Shown: positions 1 to 13,725, counted from the stretch's first letter. The stretch is 64,000 nucleotides of DNA from Mobula hypostoma (GCF_963921235.1 NC_086097.1:81222001-81286000); one strand, 5' to 3'. Notes: generated by a model from the sequence alone, not told the origin. Numbers and translations are program-made.

Positions 1-769
1 CATTGATAATGCTGCACAGGAATACAATTGAATTTTTAAATTCTGAAAACTGAATACACATTAAGTTGCAAGTGAAATGCCAGTTTTATTCAGAACAAGA
101 AGATGCGCACAGAGGATTAATTCACCACATATTGTTTGCTCTCATGTCTATTTTACCATAGCATGAAATTCATTCAATTTGTTTTGGACAGTTGCATGCA
201 AAACGGTTCCTTGCTTTGAAACAGTGATTACATTTAAATAGGATTCCCTGATGAGACAAGCTTTGGGATGGCCTAAATATGAAAAATGTGATATAAATGC
301 AATTTATTCTTTCTTGTAAGGGAAAAATGAGGAAATTAGGATCAGGAAGCTATATAACGTCAACTGTGGTTGCAGACAGACGACGAGCCATGGACCGAGG
401 GATGTAAAAACAGAGAACAGGAAATAAGATGGCGCCACGAAGACAGATAGAACAGAAAATAATTTTGGAGTTTTCTGCTTTTCTATCAAACATTTGAATT
501 CCTTCAAGAATTAAGATAATTTTCCCAGAAACAGACACAATAACAATGGCATTGATTTGTACAATGCCAAGTGCTTAGAAAGACTTCATGGATGGTTTTC
601 ACTAATAGGATAATTTTAATGTACAAATATGCTTATTATAACAAGGAGACTTTCTCTACTATGTACATCACCTCAGTTGCACAGTCCCATCAGTCACATT
701 CCCCCTTGTATTAGTCTCCTAAACCCTAAAACGTTCACTCTCATATACTCACCAATCTCCTCTTTTGGT

Positions 770-1000
770 TCTTTGTCACTTACTCTAACTAAGTGCAATT
801 TACAGGAACTGATTAGTCTGACAGCTTATTTTTGGGATCAGAGAGGAAGCTGGAGCAGCTGAAGCAAACTCACATGATCAGAGGAAGAATGCACAAACTC
901 AGCACTGATAAAACCCTGCTCAGAACTGACACTGGGTTGGCTCACTGGAATTGGGAGGGAGCAGTGTTGATTGCAGTCTGTCTCAGGTTGATACCAATGA
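770..1000 (-). mobile_element. Degenerate tRNA-derived SINE fragment
   Basis: GGAAGCTGGAGCAGCTGAAGCAAACTCACATGATCAGAGGAAGAATGCACAAACTC resembles the SINE core at 10600-10899; heavily decayed. Confidence 0.4.
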
Positions 1001-1559
1001 ATGCAACCATTACATAGCTTATCAGCAAGAACTACCCCTTGAACAATGCCATCCTGTGTGGTCCCGTCAAATAACTTGATTAGAAATAATTGTCCCTTTC
1101 AATTTCCAATCAACTTAACTATTTAAACAGGGATGGTCTGATCAATGTTGCGATTTACCCTATTTTAACGTTATTCCTTCTCTCACGCACTGAATTATAT
1201 CAGTAAAACAAAAGTCCCCACCACAAGAGAGTGGAGAAAACCTCAAAATAATTTGGGAGCAGGTTCAACTTGAGTGACTAACATGCACTACTAATCTTGT
1301 CTCAGAAAATAGCATTGGCAGAGGCTTCAGAACTGTCTACCTGATTCACATCAAGAATGCATAACCTGGGAAAACTAACAACAGGAGATCTGTCATTAAT
1401 ATCTCAGTCTAGCCCTCCTTTCAATATAATTTTATCCCTCACCATTTTTGTTCAATGACCGTATCCCAAAGCAAGCATTGAGAAATGGATTTTTAAAACT
1501 TTAAGTTATCAAAAAAAAAGCTAAATCGATCCCACACCCCACACTTCCTGTTTCTACAT

Positions 1560-3152
1560 CCCACACCCCGCATTTCCCGTTTCTACCTCCTGCCCAAGAT
1601 CCACAGACCTGCCTGTCCTGGCAGACCTATTGTCTCAGCTTGCTCCTGCCCCACCGAACTCATTTCGGCATACCTCGACACGGTTTTATCCCCCCTTGTT
1701 CAATGCCTTCCTACCTATACTCGTGACTTCTCACGCTCTTAAATTTTTCGATGATTTTAAGTTCCCTGGCCCCCACCGCTTTATTTTCACTATGGATGTT
1801 CAGTCCTTATATACTTCCATCCCCCATCAGGAAAGTCTCAAAGCTCTCCGCTTCTTTTTGGATTCCAGACCTAACCAGTTCCCCTCTACCACCACTCTGC
1901 TCCGTCTAGCGGAATTAGTCCTTACTTTTGATAATTTCTCCTTTAGCTTCTCCCACTTCCTCCAAACTAAAGGTATAGCTATGGGCACCCGTATGGGCCC
2001 CAGCTATGCCTGCCTTGTTGTTGGCTTTGTGGAACAATCTATGTTCCAAACCTATTCTGGTATCTGCCCCCACTTTTCCTTCGCTACATCGACCACTGCA
2101 TTGGCGTTGCTTCCTGCATGCATGCTGAGCTCGTTGACTTCATTAACTTTGCCTCCAACTTTCACCCTGCCCTCAAGTTTACCTGGTCCATTTCTGACAT
2201 CTCCCTCCCCTTTCTAGATCTTTCTGTCTCTATCTCTGGAGACAGCTTATCTACTGATGTCTACTATAAGCCTGCTGACTCTCACAGCTATCTGGACTAT
2301 TCCTTTTCTCACCCTGTCTCTTGCAAAAATGCCATCACCTTCTCGCAATTCCTCTGTCTCTGCCGCATCTGCTCTCAGGATGAGGCTTTTCATTCCAGGA
2401 CAAGGGAGATGTCCTCCTTTTTTAAAGAAAGGGGCTTCCCTTCCTCCACCATCAACTCTGCTCTCAAACGCATCTCTCCCATTTCACACACATCTGCTCT
2501 CACTCCATCCTCCCGCCACCCCACTAGGAATAGGGTTCCCCTTGTCCTCACCCACCACCCCACCAGCCTCCGGGTCCAACGTATAATTCTCCGTAACTTC
2601 CGCCACCTCTAACGGGATCCCACCACTAAGCACATCTTTCCCTCACCCGCCCCCCCGGCTTTCCGCAGGGATCGCTCCCTACGCGACTCCCTTGTCCATT
2701 CGTACCCCCCCATCCCTCCGCACCGATCTCCTTCCTGGCACTTATCCTTGTAAGCGGAACAAGTGCTACACATACCCTTACACTTCCTCCCTTACCACCA
2801 TTCAGGGCCCCAGACAGTCCTTCCAGGTGAAGCGACACTTCACCTGTGAGTCGGCTGGGGTGATATACTGCGTCCGGTGCTCCCGATGTGGCCTTCTATA
2901 TATTGCCAGACCCGACACAGACTGGGAGATCGTTTCGCTGAACACCTATGCTCTGTCCGTCAGAGAAAGCAGGATCTCCCAGTGGCCACACATTTTAATT
3001 CCACGTCCCATTCCCATTCTGATATGTCTATCCACTGCCTCCTCTACTGTAAAGATGAAGCCACACTCAGGTTGGAGGAACAACACCTTATATTCCGTCT
3101 GGGTAGCCTCCGACCTAATGGCATGAACATTGACTTCTCAAACTTCTGCTAA
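1560..3152 (+). pseudogene. Frameshifted PLE RT-GIY-YIG polyprotein
   Basis: ORF pieces 1630-2217, 2118-2612, 2692-3126 and 2877-3152 in different frames join into one RT plus endonuclease protein. Confidence 0.9.
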
Positions 3153-3439
3153 TGCCCCACCTCCCCCTTGTACCCCATCCATTATTTATTTATATACACA
3201 CATTCTTTCTCTCTCTCTCTCCTTTTTCTCCCTCTGACTATACCCCTTGTCCATCCTCTGGGTTCCCCCTCCCTTTTCTTTCTCCCTAGGCCTCCTGTCC
3301 CATGATCCTCTCATATCCCTTTTGCCAATCAACTGTCCAGCTCTTGGCTCCATCCCTCCCTCTCCTGTCTTCTCCTATCATTTTGGATCTCCCCCTCCCC
3401 CTCCCACTTTCAAATCTCTTACTAGCACTTCTTTCAGTT

Positions 3440-3476
3440 AGTCCTGACGAAGGGTCTCGGCCCAAAACATCGACTG
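3440..3476 (+). ncRNA. Decayed minimal hammerhead ribozyme in PLE pLTR
   Basis: AGTC-CTGACGA-AGGGTCTCGGCCC-AAAA-CATC-GACTG; GAAA and GTC mutated relative to the intact copy at 24026. Confidence 0.7.
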
Positions 3477-6400
3477 TACCTCTTCCTAGAGATGCTGCCT
3501 GGCCTGCTGCGTTCACCAGCAACTTTGATGTGTGTTGCTTAAATCAATCCAGACAGTCCAATGGTAATAACTTTGCACTTCTTACTTCTAACATATCCCT
3601 TATTTCAAATTTCACTCAGTAAACAAACTGCACTGTTTTACATTGGTTATCTTCTGCTGAATCTAAAAGTTGTGCAGAATCTGAAATGTACCTCTCTGAA
3701 TATCCAAACAGAAGTGGAGAAGAAGCCAAAGAGGACATTAACCTCATTGGCCTGTGATGCATTCAAACTTACTTCAAGAGAAAGCATTTACTTTAAATTG
3801 ATCTTGTGATCTTTCAGTTTCAAATGTGGCATGTCCTAGATCAGCCTAACAGCAGAGCAAGGTTGGTGTTCCATCAGCAGCAATACCTAAGATTTGAAAC
3901 TACTCTGTGAAATGCAGACAAGGAAGCGCACAACTGAACAATATATTTAACTGCCATGGTGTGCAGCAGCAGCAGGCAGATTCATAACTCTCAAGATAGC
4001 TGTTACAGAGCTTTCCTGAAGTATTGAAGTTTGGGTGCAGACTTATCAATAATATTCTTGTTTTTTTAAAGTTTATTGCTGATAAGACAAAATACTAGAA
4101 ATATCGCAGCCAGAAACCTAAGACAATAATTAGAAGTGATGTGTACTATTATTCTGCCACTTGAAATCTAACGTTAAAATATGATGTGAAGGAAAGCTGA
4201 CATGCATTTTATGCCTTTTGGTGTGTAAATATGATACGCAACAAGCAGAAACTGAAGGCAGACGATTCCTTACTCCAGTGAGGTGGGTGCTGAATTCCAA
4301 AAGTATCGTACTGTACATCAGAGAAAGATCCCAATATATGCTCGCAGAAGTTATTAATTGATTGTCTTATCCGATGTCTATCATCAAGCTATAATTCTGC
4401 ATTTCCCACGTACTGACTTCATATCAGGCAGTAAAGTCCAAGTTTGAAATTCAATCAGCTGGGGAAGGGCGTGTGGTTTGTTTAGCAGTAATTTCGTACT
4501 GAATTCATTTTCTAGTTTTATTGGATGTACGATGCACAATGAAATAAGTTAATGGTTCTGCAATTCACAAGACAATTCCATCTCTACTCAATCATACTGC
4601 AAAGCAATAAACTGAATCAGAGTGACTTACTAGGAAATCGGACACTCTGTTATTCCGGTAAAACTGAGTAGGATGTCCATCTGCCAATACTAAATCAAAC
4701 ATTTACCGCACCTTAGAACATATTTTACCTTGTGAAGGGTGGTGTTGTTGCAGACTGGATCATGGTGGATAGAGTTTTGAAAAGTGATTTGAGATTATGT
4801 GCAATCAAACTGAGGTAACGACAGGACTTCTAATTACAAAGTGTAATTTCATATTTGACAATGAATTTTTTCCACCCAATATTTTTAATGTAGTATTTTA
4901 AAGCTAAATTAATATAAAGTAAAAGGCAGCACACCATGGAGACCTGTTAGATACAGCAAAACTGTAAGTGTGGAGCTAGTGTTAGCTCATTGTTAATTTT
5001 TCTGCCTCTGAGAGGAAGCGTTGATAGTGTGCATTATGGATCAGCTTCAACTCTCCCACTCTTCAAGCTTGCTACATGGCATGCCTCTTCAAGTCATTCA
5101 GATTGCTGCACTTCTTGGACTCTTGGTCCCATGCTGTTCTTCTGCCAGTTGAAATATTCTTTATCTGAGCAACATTCAGAGTAAAACAGACATTAAACCT
5201 GAAATTCATTCCATATGCCTTAACTGACCATGCATCAGGCAGCCAGGTTTTATTACACTCATTAGCTGTGCAAAGCAATTTTAGGAGGTCAATATGATAA
5301 ACCTTCTCTTATAAAGCTGTAGTTTGAATGGAGGCCTGACGCACGTGAGAATCTATTAAAATAATTGCAAGGGTTCCCTCTGTGCTTGGCATGGACCAGT
5401 AGTAACAGCATATTAAGTTTTCAGGCCAACACTTTGTGGCAAGCACTCAGGGTCAATCTATCTTGGATGGCCTCATTCTGGCATATTCAGAATCAGCCAT
5501 CTGTCACTGCATTAGATGCCAGGTCATATGGATAAAAATACACGTCGGTGACCCTGACCATTGTCTCCCTACTGACATGCTGCAGCATTGTAACACTCAG
5601 GGCAGTATGGAGCACAGAAGCATGCCATAGAAAGAGTAGAGAATGCTATCCAAAAACTGACAAAATTCTTCTTTTCATGACCAAATGTTATCAGGAGAGG
5701 CATTAAAGTATTGGCACTGTGCTTCCTCCCCATACGTTGATTGGTATGAGATAATGCATTTCCTGCTCAAACAGAATCCTTGACAATAAAACACAAGATA
5801 ATTGCAAATGATAGAGCAATGCTGCATTACTATAAAGAAAATTATTCACTGTCTAATTCTCCCAGATATCTTTCCTCATGAAAACATGCCATAGATAGAT
5901 TTTGTAGCTGCAATTCCAACTGGTACACAGATCTAATTTCTAGAAAAATAAATGCTACAAGCTATATCCTCCACAATGGGACCAGAAGTTTGTTATTAAG
6001 ATGATTAATTTACTACAAAGAACCATGCAGTATTCTTCATGTACTGTAAAACAGAGCTGAGACCCATTTTTGTTACAGTGGGCTCAGCCAAGCACTAGGA
6101 GGATATTGTGATTGAATCAATTCCTCATTTAGGAGCCAATATTCCAGATTCAGTTTGCTGCTACTGACAACAATCACTGCTATGTGCTGTGTTGAAAACA
6201 TACTGATGCTGCTGTCACCCAAGGAAAACAAAGATTTGAAAGTACCAACTCTTCATTTAGCACAATGACCAGAAGACAATACATTATGAAAACTCTTTGC
6301 AGAAGTATAATTCAGCTCATATTGTCAAAAACTGATACCTTCCCCAACATTTTCCATATCACATACTTGGTAGTAAACTTAGCCCAAGGGTTATGATGAT

Positions 6401-6996
6401 GTCACTAGATCATCCATTCATCACTTCTCAGATAGAAATGCTATTTAACTCACTCAGTGCAGGGGGAGGTGATAAGTGGGGATGATCAGGCAAAAGGTAT
6501 ATGACTACCTCTATCTGAACCATCAACATGAAGTTGTGAATGATACAACACATGCATTAAAGCATTGCAGGTCAGAAATTTTACGTCTGTTCATTTGTAC
6601 TACCAGCATGCACAATATTGTGCCCATAGTTGTATACCTTGAAATTTTATTATGTTCTAATTATTTTAATAATCCTGCTGAGCTTTGCCTGCTTTTATGA
6701 GATGTATGGCATCCAATATGTATTTGGAGTCTTATGATAGAATATTTCCTTTCCTGCTTTTACATTTAAAACATTCCTCAGGTGTGCATTCCTCAGGGCT
6801 CATCTCAACTATGTTGTTGATAAGTAATGACTCCAGTCATGTTTTCCCTATTTTTAATGCATTTCCCCTTTTTTAAAATTCCAAAGCCATAATTTTTCCC
6901 CATTTATTAAATATTGGAAATAGAAATTAGATTCTGCATTATCTTGTCCATTTCTGCAACTGAGTATTTCAAATTACTTCCACAAGCCTCTCAACT

Positions 6997-7340
6997 CAAA
7001 GTTCAAAGTAAATTTATTATCAAAGTACATTTAAGTTACCATATACTACCTGGAATTCATTTTCTTGCAGACAGTTACAGGGAAAAAGAAATAAAATAGA
7101 AATGCAATTGAACTTTACAAAAAGCTCTACACAACCAAAAGCTGACAAACAACCAATGTGCAAAGGAAGGAAAACTACAAATAAAAATAACACTGAAAAA
7201 ATGAGTTGTAAAGAGCCCTTAAAAGTGAGTCTGCAGGTTATAGAATCAGTCCAGAGAGGTTGTAAAATAAGTTAGCTACACCAGTTCAAGAGCCTGATGG
7301 TTGTAGGTAATAACTGTTCCTCAACCTGCTGGTGTGGGTC
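6997..7340 (-). mobile_element. Rex1/Babar-like LINE 3' end fragment
   Basis: AAAGTTCAAAGTAAATTTATTATCAAAGTAC tail and GTTCAAGAGCCTGATGGTTG...TAACTGTTCC, shared with RT-linked copies at 36.7-39.4 kb and 54.9-55.7 kb. Confidence 0.7.
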
Positions 7341-7880
7341 CAAGAGTGTTCACATCCCATTCACCTGTGCAATATTTTGATAAAACCCACTACCTCAAAA
7401 GTAGTTGGACACTTCATTTCTAAAACTCTGTGCCTCGACATATTCCATTACATTCAGCTTCTCCCATGCTCTATTGAAAGCCTTTAATAATAGGGGAGTG
7501 GCTCTCCGAAGCAACAAATCAACCAAAGACATCAGTGACCCAATTTCCCATAAGACTACTTCTTCAGTCTTTCCATGAGAAAGTAACCAAGAATATATAT
7601 TATTTGCAAATGATTTATTCCATTGTTTCTTTTCCAGGATGTGGACAGGTTTTAATGCCAAGGTAAGACCTCATTTGTTGAGGTGTGTGATAAATATGAA
7701 ATGAAAGGTAATTGCTGACCTGAAGTGCTGGGCACACAGAACATTATTTGTGGTTTGGTACAAGTGAGGGTCATAGGCTGAACTCCAGCTTTCATTCTGA
7801 CACACAACAATATCCATTTTCATTAAGTTCTTTGAACAATCAGATGCATATGTGACTGGAAGGGGAAGAGGCTTAGAGGG

Positions 7881-8355
7881 ACACACACAAAATGTGGAGG
7901 AACTCAGCAAGTCAGCCAGCATATGTGGAAATGAATAAACAATCGGCATTTTGGGCCAAGCTCCTTCTTCAGGACTGGAAAGGCAAAGGGAAGACACCAG
8001 AACAGAAATGTGGGGGGAGTAGAAGGAGGATGGCTAGTAGGTGATAGGTGAAGCCAGGTGGGTAGGAAAGGTAAAGGGCCGGAGGGGAGGGAATTTGATA
8101 GAATAGGAGAGTGGATATTCATGCCAGCAGGTTGGAGGCTACCCAGACAGAATATAACGATGGCCTCATCATGGCACAAGAGGTGGTCATGGACAGATAT
8201 GTCGGAACGGGAATGGCAATGCAAATTAAAACGTTTGGCCACCAGGAAGTTCCACTTTTGGTGGATAGAGCACAGGTGTTTAATGAAGTGGTCCTCCAAC
8301 TTACGATGGGTCTCATCAATGTAGATAAGCCACATCAGGAGCACCAAACACAATA
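7881..8355 (-). mobile_element. PLE 3' fragment (GIY-YIG end plus pLTR)
   Basis: ORF 7904-8353 LIYIDETHRKLEDHFIKH...FCLGSLQPAGMN; pLTR ACACACACAAAATGTGGAGGAACTCAGC. Confidence 0.85.
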
Positions 8356-8820
8356 GAGTGAATGTAAGGGAGATACTTTTTTCACTCAGAAAGTGGTTGC
8401 AATCTGGAATACACTCCTGAAACGTCAGTTACTTTCACAATATTTAAGAAGTATCTGGACAAGGACTTGAATCAGAAAGGCACAGGGCACTACTGACCAA
8501 ATGTTGGTAAATGGGATTAATATAGATAGATATTTGGTGGTCAGAATCAAAGGAGGAAGTACAAGAGCCTGAAGACACAAACACATCATTTCAGGAACAG
8601 TTTCTTCCCCATCAGATTGCTGAATGGACAATGATCCCATGTTAACTACCTCACTTCTTTTTCCTGTTTTGCTTTCTTTTTGCACTATTTAATTTTTCCA
8701 CTAGTCTTATCTAGTTTAATATATATAGTAATTTTTTTTTATTATGTGTTATACTGTGCTGCTGCAGCAAAAACAACAGATTCCATACCAGATATCACTG
8801 AAAATAAACCTGATTCTGAT
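8356..8820 (+). mobile_element. Old CR1 3' fragment followed by Rex1-type 3' tail
   Basis: TTTTTCACTCAGAAAGTGGTT..CTGGAAT (FFTQRVV..WN); then AGGAACAGTTTCTTCCCC...AATAAACCTGATTCTGATT. Confidence 0.55.
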
Positions 8821-9287
8821 TATTGTGACACCGTATTGCAGCAGCAAACAGAACATTGACACAGCATGGACGTATTGAGGCTGTAGAATCATTCAACACA
8901 GAAAGAGGCTCTATGACTTGCAGTTTCTTCACGACTGTGCTGATGCCAATGGAATTTTCTTTTCAAGCAGCAGTGGTGTTTCCAGAGTGGGCACATTTCA
9001 GGTTACATTTGCAGTCCTATTCAGTTCAGTGTTTTTCCAATGGGAACCTTATTTTGTTGCAATGGAAAAATGACTTTGAGCAAACAAATTTGTACTGGAT
9101 GGACTTGCAAGTAGCCAAGCTCATTTGAGACTGATTAAGTCATGCAGGAGCTGTTATACATTCATTCTGAGGCACCCCTAAGTAGGTTTTACCTACAAGA
9201 AGACTTATGCATGTCAAGAATGTTCCCGTTTAGAGGGGATGCCCTACCATAAATGTCGCAATTCACTTTAAAAAAATTATCTGCAGG

Positions 9288-9446
9288 ACATTATTTGCGG
9301 TTTGGTACAAGTGAGGGTCATAGGCTGAACTCCAGCTTTCATTCTGACACACAACAATATCCATTTTCATTAAGTTCTTTGAACAATCAGATGCATCTGT
9401 GACTGGAAGGGGAAGAGGCTTAGAGGGACACACACAAAATGTGGAG
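9288..9446 (+). repeat. 159-bp direct duplication of 7741-7899
   Basis: Direct comparison shows identity except for 2 substitutions. Confidence 0.95.
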
Positions 9447-10599
9447 CTACAAATGTATATAGCTACTAAGGCTCACATAATCCATCCCCAATTCTCCTCA
9501 AGAAACCAGCCTTGAGCTGCCTTCTTGAATACCTGACATTTGAGTATTTCCATGATACATTTAAGCAATGAGTTCCTGCTTTCTTGTCCTGCTTGGGAGA
9601 AAGATCATTGTATGGGAATGTGCTATCGAGGACTTGTCCAGTTGCTGTAGGGCATATTGTGGACAGTTCAATGTCGAGCCACAGAATGACTGTTAATAGC
9701 TTACATTGTAATTGCATAGAGCCAATTTTTACTGCACGAACAATAGCAAAAAAAAAAGAAAAATAGATGACTTCTCTATCTCTAAATGTTTCAAAAGAAG
9801 TAAAACATTTTAAAGGAAGATCAATTTCATAAAAAGTGTCTTAATTTCACAGTGTAATTTGTTTTCATTATCAACTGAGGTAAAATACTGTTGAAAAAAG
9901 TTTAAAATTTACCCACAATGTAACACCCAAAGAATATAACTTCTAAAACTAGGCAAGACTTTTGTTCCAAAAAAACTGTCAGTTTAGCCCCGCTGACAGT
10001 GCAGGAGGGTGAGCTGAAAACTGTTTCTGATTAACACTCACTGTCAACTGTGTCAACTATTGATGAGCAAGACAATGAGAGGGCTGTTAGGTTGGCATCA
10101 ATCACCACCTCCCAGAGAGATAATAAGAGGAAGGAAAATGAAATCTGTTTAGGGACCTCCTACCCTTCTAAGAGAAGGTACATCAAACAGGTAATGGATA
10201 AGGAGTTGGTGCTGGATGCCACAGCATTTGTCACCTTTGGCTTCATCGGGACATAAAGTGACATATCATCAATTGCCCTGCACTGTTACAGAAAGAAATT
10301 TTTTTAAAAATATACCATACTTCACAAGGTACAACTGTTGGTAGATGAAAAAGGGACACATAGAAGCAGAGATCTTCATGCCATCACTCACTGGCTTTAA
10401 ACAGCAGAAATTTATGGGGATGGGAGCTGATTTTATTATGTTTGTCTGACCTTGGTCCTGATATGCTCATTAATCATGCACCGTATTTCAGCGAGCTGAG
10501 CTTCCAGAGCAATTTTGGATGAAATTATAGTGTAACTTGGCAGTAACCTATTTCCATTCTGATGAACGAGACACTTGCTGTTTATTGATATTTATTTTA

Positions 10600-10899
10600 G
10601 CTATTATTTATTTCGATGCCGCGCGGAACACGCCCTTCCAGCCCAATGAGCTGCACTGCCCAACAACCAAACTATTTTACCACTAGCCTAATCGCAGGAC
10701 CGTAGACAATGACCACTTAACCTTCTAACCTGGATGTTTCTGCAACGTGGGTGGGTAACCAGAGCACCTGGAGGAAACCCATGTGGTCACGGGGAGAACC
10801 TACAAACCCCTTAAAAATGGCACCAGAATTGAACTCCAAACTCTGGAAGGCCCCGAGATGTAACAGCGTCACGCTAACTGCCACGTTACCATGGCACCC
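10600..10899 (-). mobile_element. tRNA-derived SINE (HE1/V-SINE-like)
   Basis: Minus strand: GGTAACGTGGCAGTTAGCG A-box-like, GGAGTTCAATTC B-box-like, core GTTCTCCCCGTGACCACATGGGTTTCCTCCAGGTGCTCTGG, A-rich tail. Confidence 0.75.
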
Positions 10900-13059
10900 T
10901 GCCTGTGCCATGACATCTGCAACCCTTCACCCAGCAAGACTGCACTTTTCTTCTTGACTTCTCATCACAATATCTGCGTTCAGCCTGAAAGAAACTTTAA
11001 TCCTGCAAAGTCAGGCACTTCTGCTTTTGGGATAACTGTTTCTCTTCATTCAGTCAAGAACATTTCATCTGAAGATAGCCATGTTGCTTCACCTGTTGTG
11101 GGGGATGTATAATCACCTGCCTCTGTGAAGTGCAGTATCTATAAAACATTGATCTTTCCTTTCCGTGGAGAATATCTGCCACAGTGCCTAAGACAGTGAA
11201 AAGCTCAGATCAAGAAACATTGCAAAAAACTTACCACATGCTGTGGGACTGTGAAAAATATGCAATTTAATTATGTAATGTCCTCAATATATGGGCCAAA
11301 TGTAAGTGACCAAATCTATTGCCCTTGCTAATTTCTTCATTCCACAGGGTTAACATAGAAGTCATTTATCGGTTATTTTATCCATGAAGTGTGTATGAAT
11401 AGAACTGCTTGGCCAATGGTATAAATTATGTGAAAATCGCTTGTGCTTAATAACTCTGGTTAGGAGTAGGTTATACTGTTCTTTTTTTTTGTTTGTGTGT
11501 GTGTGTACAGGCAACTTGCCAAAGATTAGAATTTAATTCACAGAACTTTAAATTACCAACTGGCAAACAGCCTCTTGGAAATTGCAATACAGGCTATAAA
11601 GCTGTTGATGAAGAAATCATGAGGTAGTAGAAATCTCTGTTAAAATTATACTGTTAAAATATAAAGAGATGGATATCACTCTTAAAAATAAATAAGAACG
11701 TTTATCTATGCAGAAAATAACACCGGAGTTTTGTTTCTCAGAGGTAGCAAGGCACTTCAACAAGTTAGGAAATTTGTTGAATAGCAATCTAAAATTCAGA
11801 TGACGAATTTGCTGCACAACTTGGAGAACAATTCTATTCAAGATAATATTTGCCACAATTTTCAAGTCATGCAGGATACGCAAAGATACATTTCAGGATA
11901 GTGTTTTACTCTGGACTCTTGATGCCTTAAACAAGCCTTTCAAGTTGACTTGTTACTCACCCCTCAATGCTTGGGGGATTCCTTCCACATGATTCTCTCT
12001 AGTCTTCAAAAAGTAGGGGACTGTAGATTGCAAATATGGTGATAATTACAAGTTATTCTTAAAAAAGAGAAGTGGCAAGGTGAATAGGAAGAAAGGAGAT
12101 ATATTTTAAAATGTACTGAAAGACATCACCGGTGTCTCAAAGAGATTTGGAGCCAAAATAATGCTTTGAAGTCTAGTCATTACTCTATGTAAACAATGCA
12201 GCAACTAGAATGTACAGAGAAAATAACAAATAGTAATAAGATTGTAATCAGATAATCTCTCTTGGGCATTGCCTGAAAGATTAATTTTATGCAGAATTAT
12301 GGGAGGAACTCTCTATCAAGACCATGATTAGGACCTCTCTGGACTCCTGGTTAATACTTCAGTGGAGTACTGGAATCAGCTTCGATTTCTGTGACAAATT
12401 CACTGAAACGAACAGTAAAAATGTCAATATCACAACTCAGGAGAGCAATTTCATCTACACCTAAACATAAAAAGAATTTTGCATAAATGTGACATCCTTC
12501 ACAATACCAATATATCTGATAGCAGTCAACATGAACACTGGAAAATCCACAAACAGCAATAAGATGATCTAATTTCTGTTATTATAGAGGTTGAGTGACG
12601 AGCACTAGTTTCAAGGGAGAGTCTCCCTGCAAATTTTCAAGTAGGAAATCTTCTACATCTGCGTGAGAGAGTAAAATCAACATGAACTGTAGTTACCTTT
12701 ACTCCACTGTACTACTGATACATCAGACTTTATCTTCTCCCTCTTAAGCTGCAGAGTAAATTCTATCATGTTGTGATCATTGGCTCCTTAGGCTTCAACA
12801 CTCAAGCTGCCGTAAAAAGCCATCTCACAGACATTCTATAAATTCCCTCTATTGGGATCCAGCACCAATATGATTTTACCAATCTACTTGTGTATTGAAA
12901 TCCCCCATGACTATCACAACATTGCCCTTTTTACATACAATGTTGCTGCCCGCTAAAGCCACACAAAGAGGAAGGTGTTAGAGGCAGTGTACAGTCCAAT
13001 AACTGGAGCAAATGATTGTCTTGGGAAGTTCTTTTTTGTGACCGCAAGACCCTGTTTGA

Positions 13060-13566
13060 ATACTGCAAGTCCGGCTCACTAGTTCATTGGCGAGACCAAC
13101 GGCTTTGGAGCGGTGTGGCCTTGGTTATTATATGGGCCAGGCCCTCATATGGTGTGGTCGCCTGTTGCAGCTGCCCAGGCCAGGAGACGCTGGAGCAGTG
13201 TGGAAGAGAGTTGGAGTCCATGCTAGGTTGCGGGCTGGCCCCTCCCATTGGTACTGCCTCGGTGGAAGACAAGCTGGATTACATCCATCTGCAGCTGCAC
13301 TGGTGTGAGATGAGAGCTACTGTGTGCTTGCTCTTGCAGAAACGTGGCTCCAGGGCAACATCCATTGCACCAACAATCTATAAGTCATGACTCTCAGGGA
13401 CTTGGGCTATACTATTTTTTTTGCGACTGTATGTTTTTTTCTACTATCATAACTATATTTACTGTTTGTGGCTGTTGGTACTATGTTTTGCACCTTGGCA
13501 CCAGATTAACACTTTCATTTGACTGCATTCATGTATATGGTTGAAAGACAATTAAACTTGAACTTT
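13060..13566 (+). mobile_element. Internally deleted Rex1/Babar-like LINE (5' start joined to 3' tail)
   Basis: SVEDKLDYIHL...VCLLL.ETW-like APE start, then tail ACAATTAAACTTGAACTT. Confidence 0.45.
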
Positions 13567-13594
13567 CAGGGAATGGCAATACACATGGCTTTAT

Positions 13595-13725
13595 GAGGGC
13601 CCTCTGGTCCTAGATTCACCCACTACAGAATACATCCTCTCCACATCCACTCTATCTAGGTCTTTCAATATTCGACTGGTTTCAATGAGATCCCCCCTCA
13701 TTCTTCCAAACTCCAGCGAGTACAC
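13595..13725 (-). mobile_element. CR1 ORF2 C-terminal fragment
   Basis: YSLEFGRMRGDLIETSRILKDLDRVDVERMYSVVGESRTRG. Confidence 0.85.

Larger units (their letters stand above)
1529..3540 (+). mobile_element. Penelope-like element (PLE), 5'-truncated, with RT, GIY-YIG endonuclease and terminal pLTR
   Basis: RT motifs FTMDVQSLYTSIP, QTKGIAMGTRMGPSYA, LPFLDL, STDVYYKP; GIY-YIG GVIYCVRCSRCGLLYI...RFAEH...LRLEEQHLIFRLGSL.PNGMN; pyrimidine-rich 3' region and pLTR; possible TSD TAAATCRATCC (1522-1532 / 3540-3550). Confidence 0.92.

Noticed and set aside
7395..7661. 88-aa minus-strand ORF with protein-like composition
   Set aside because: Non-ATG start, no recognisable domain and no convincing splice boundaries.
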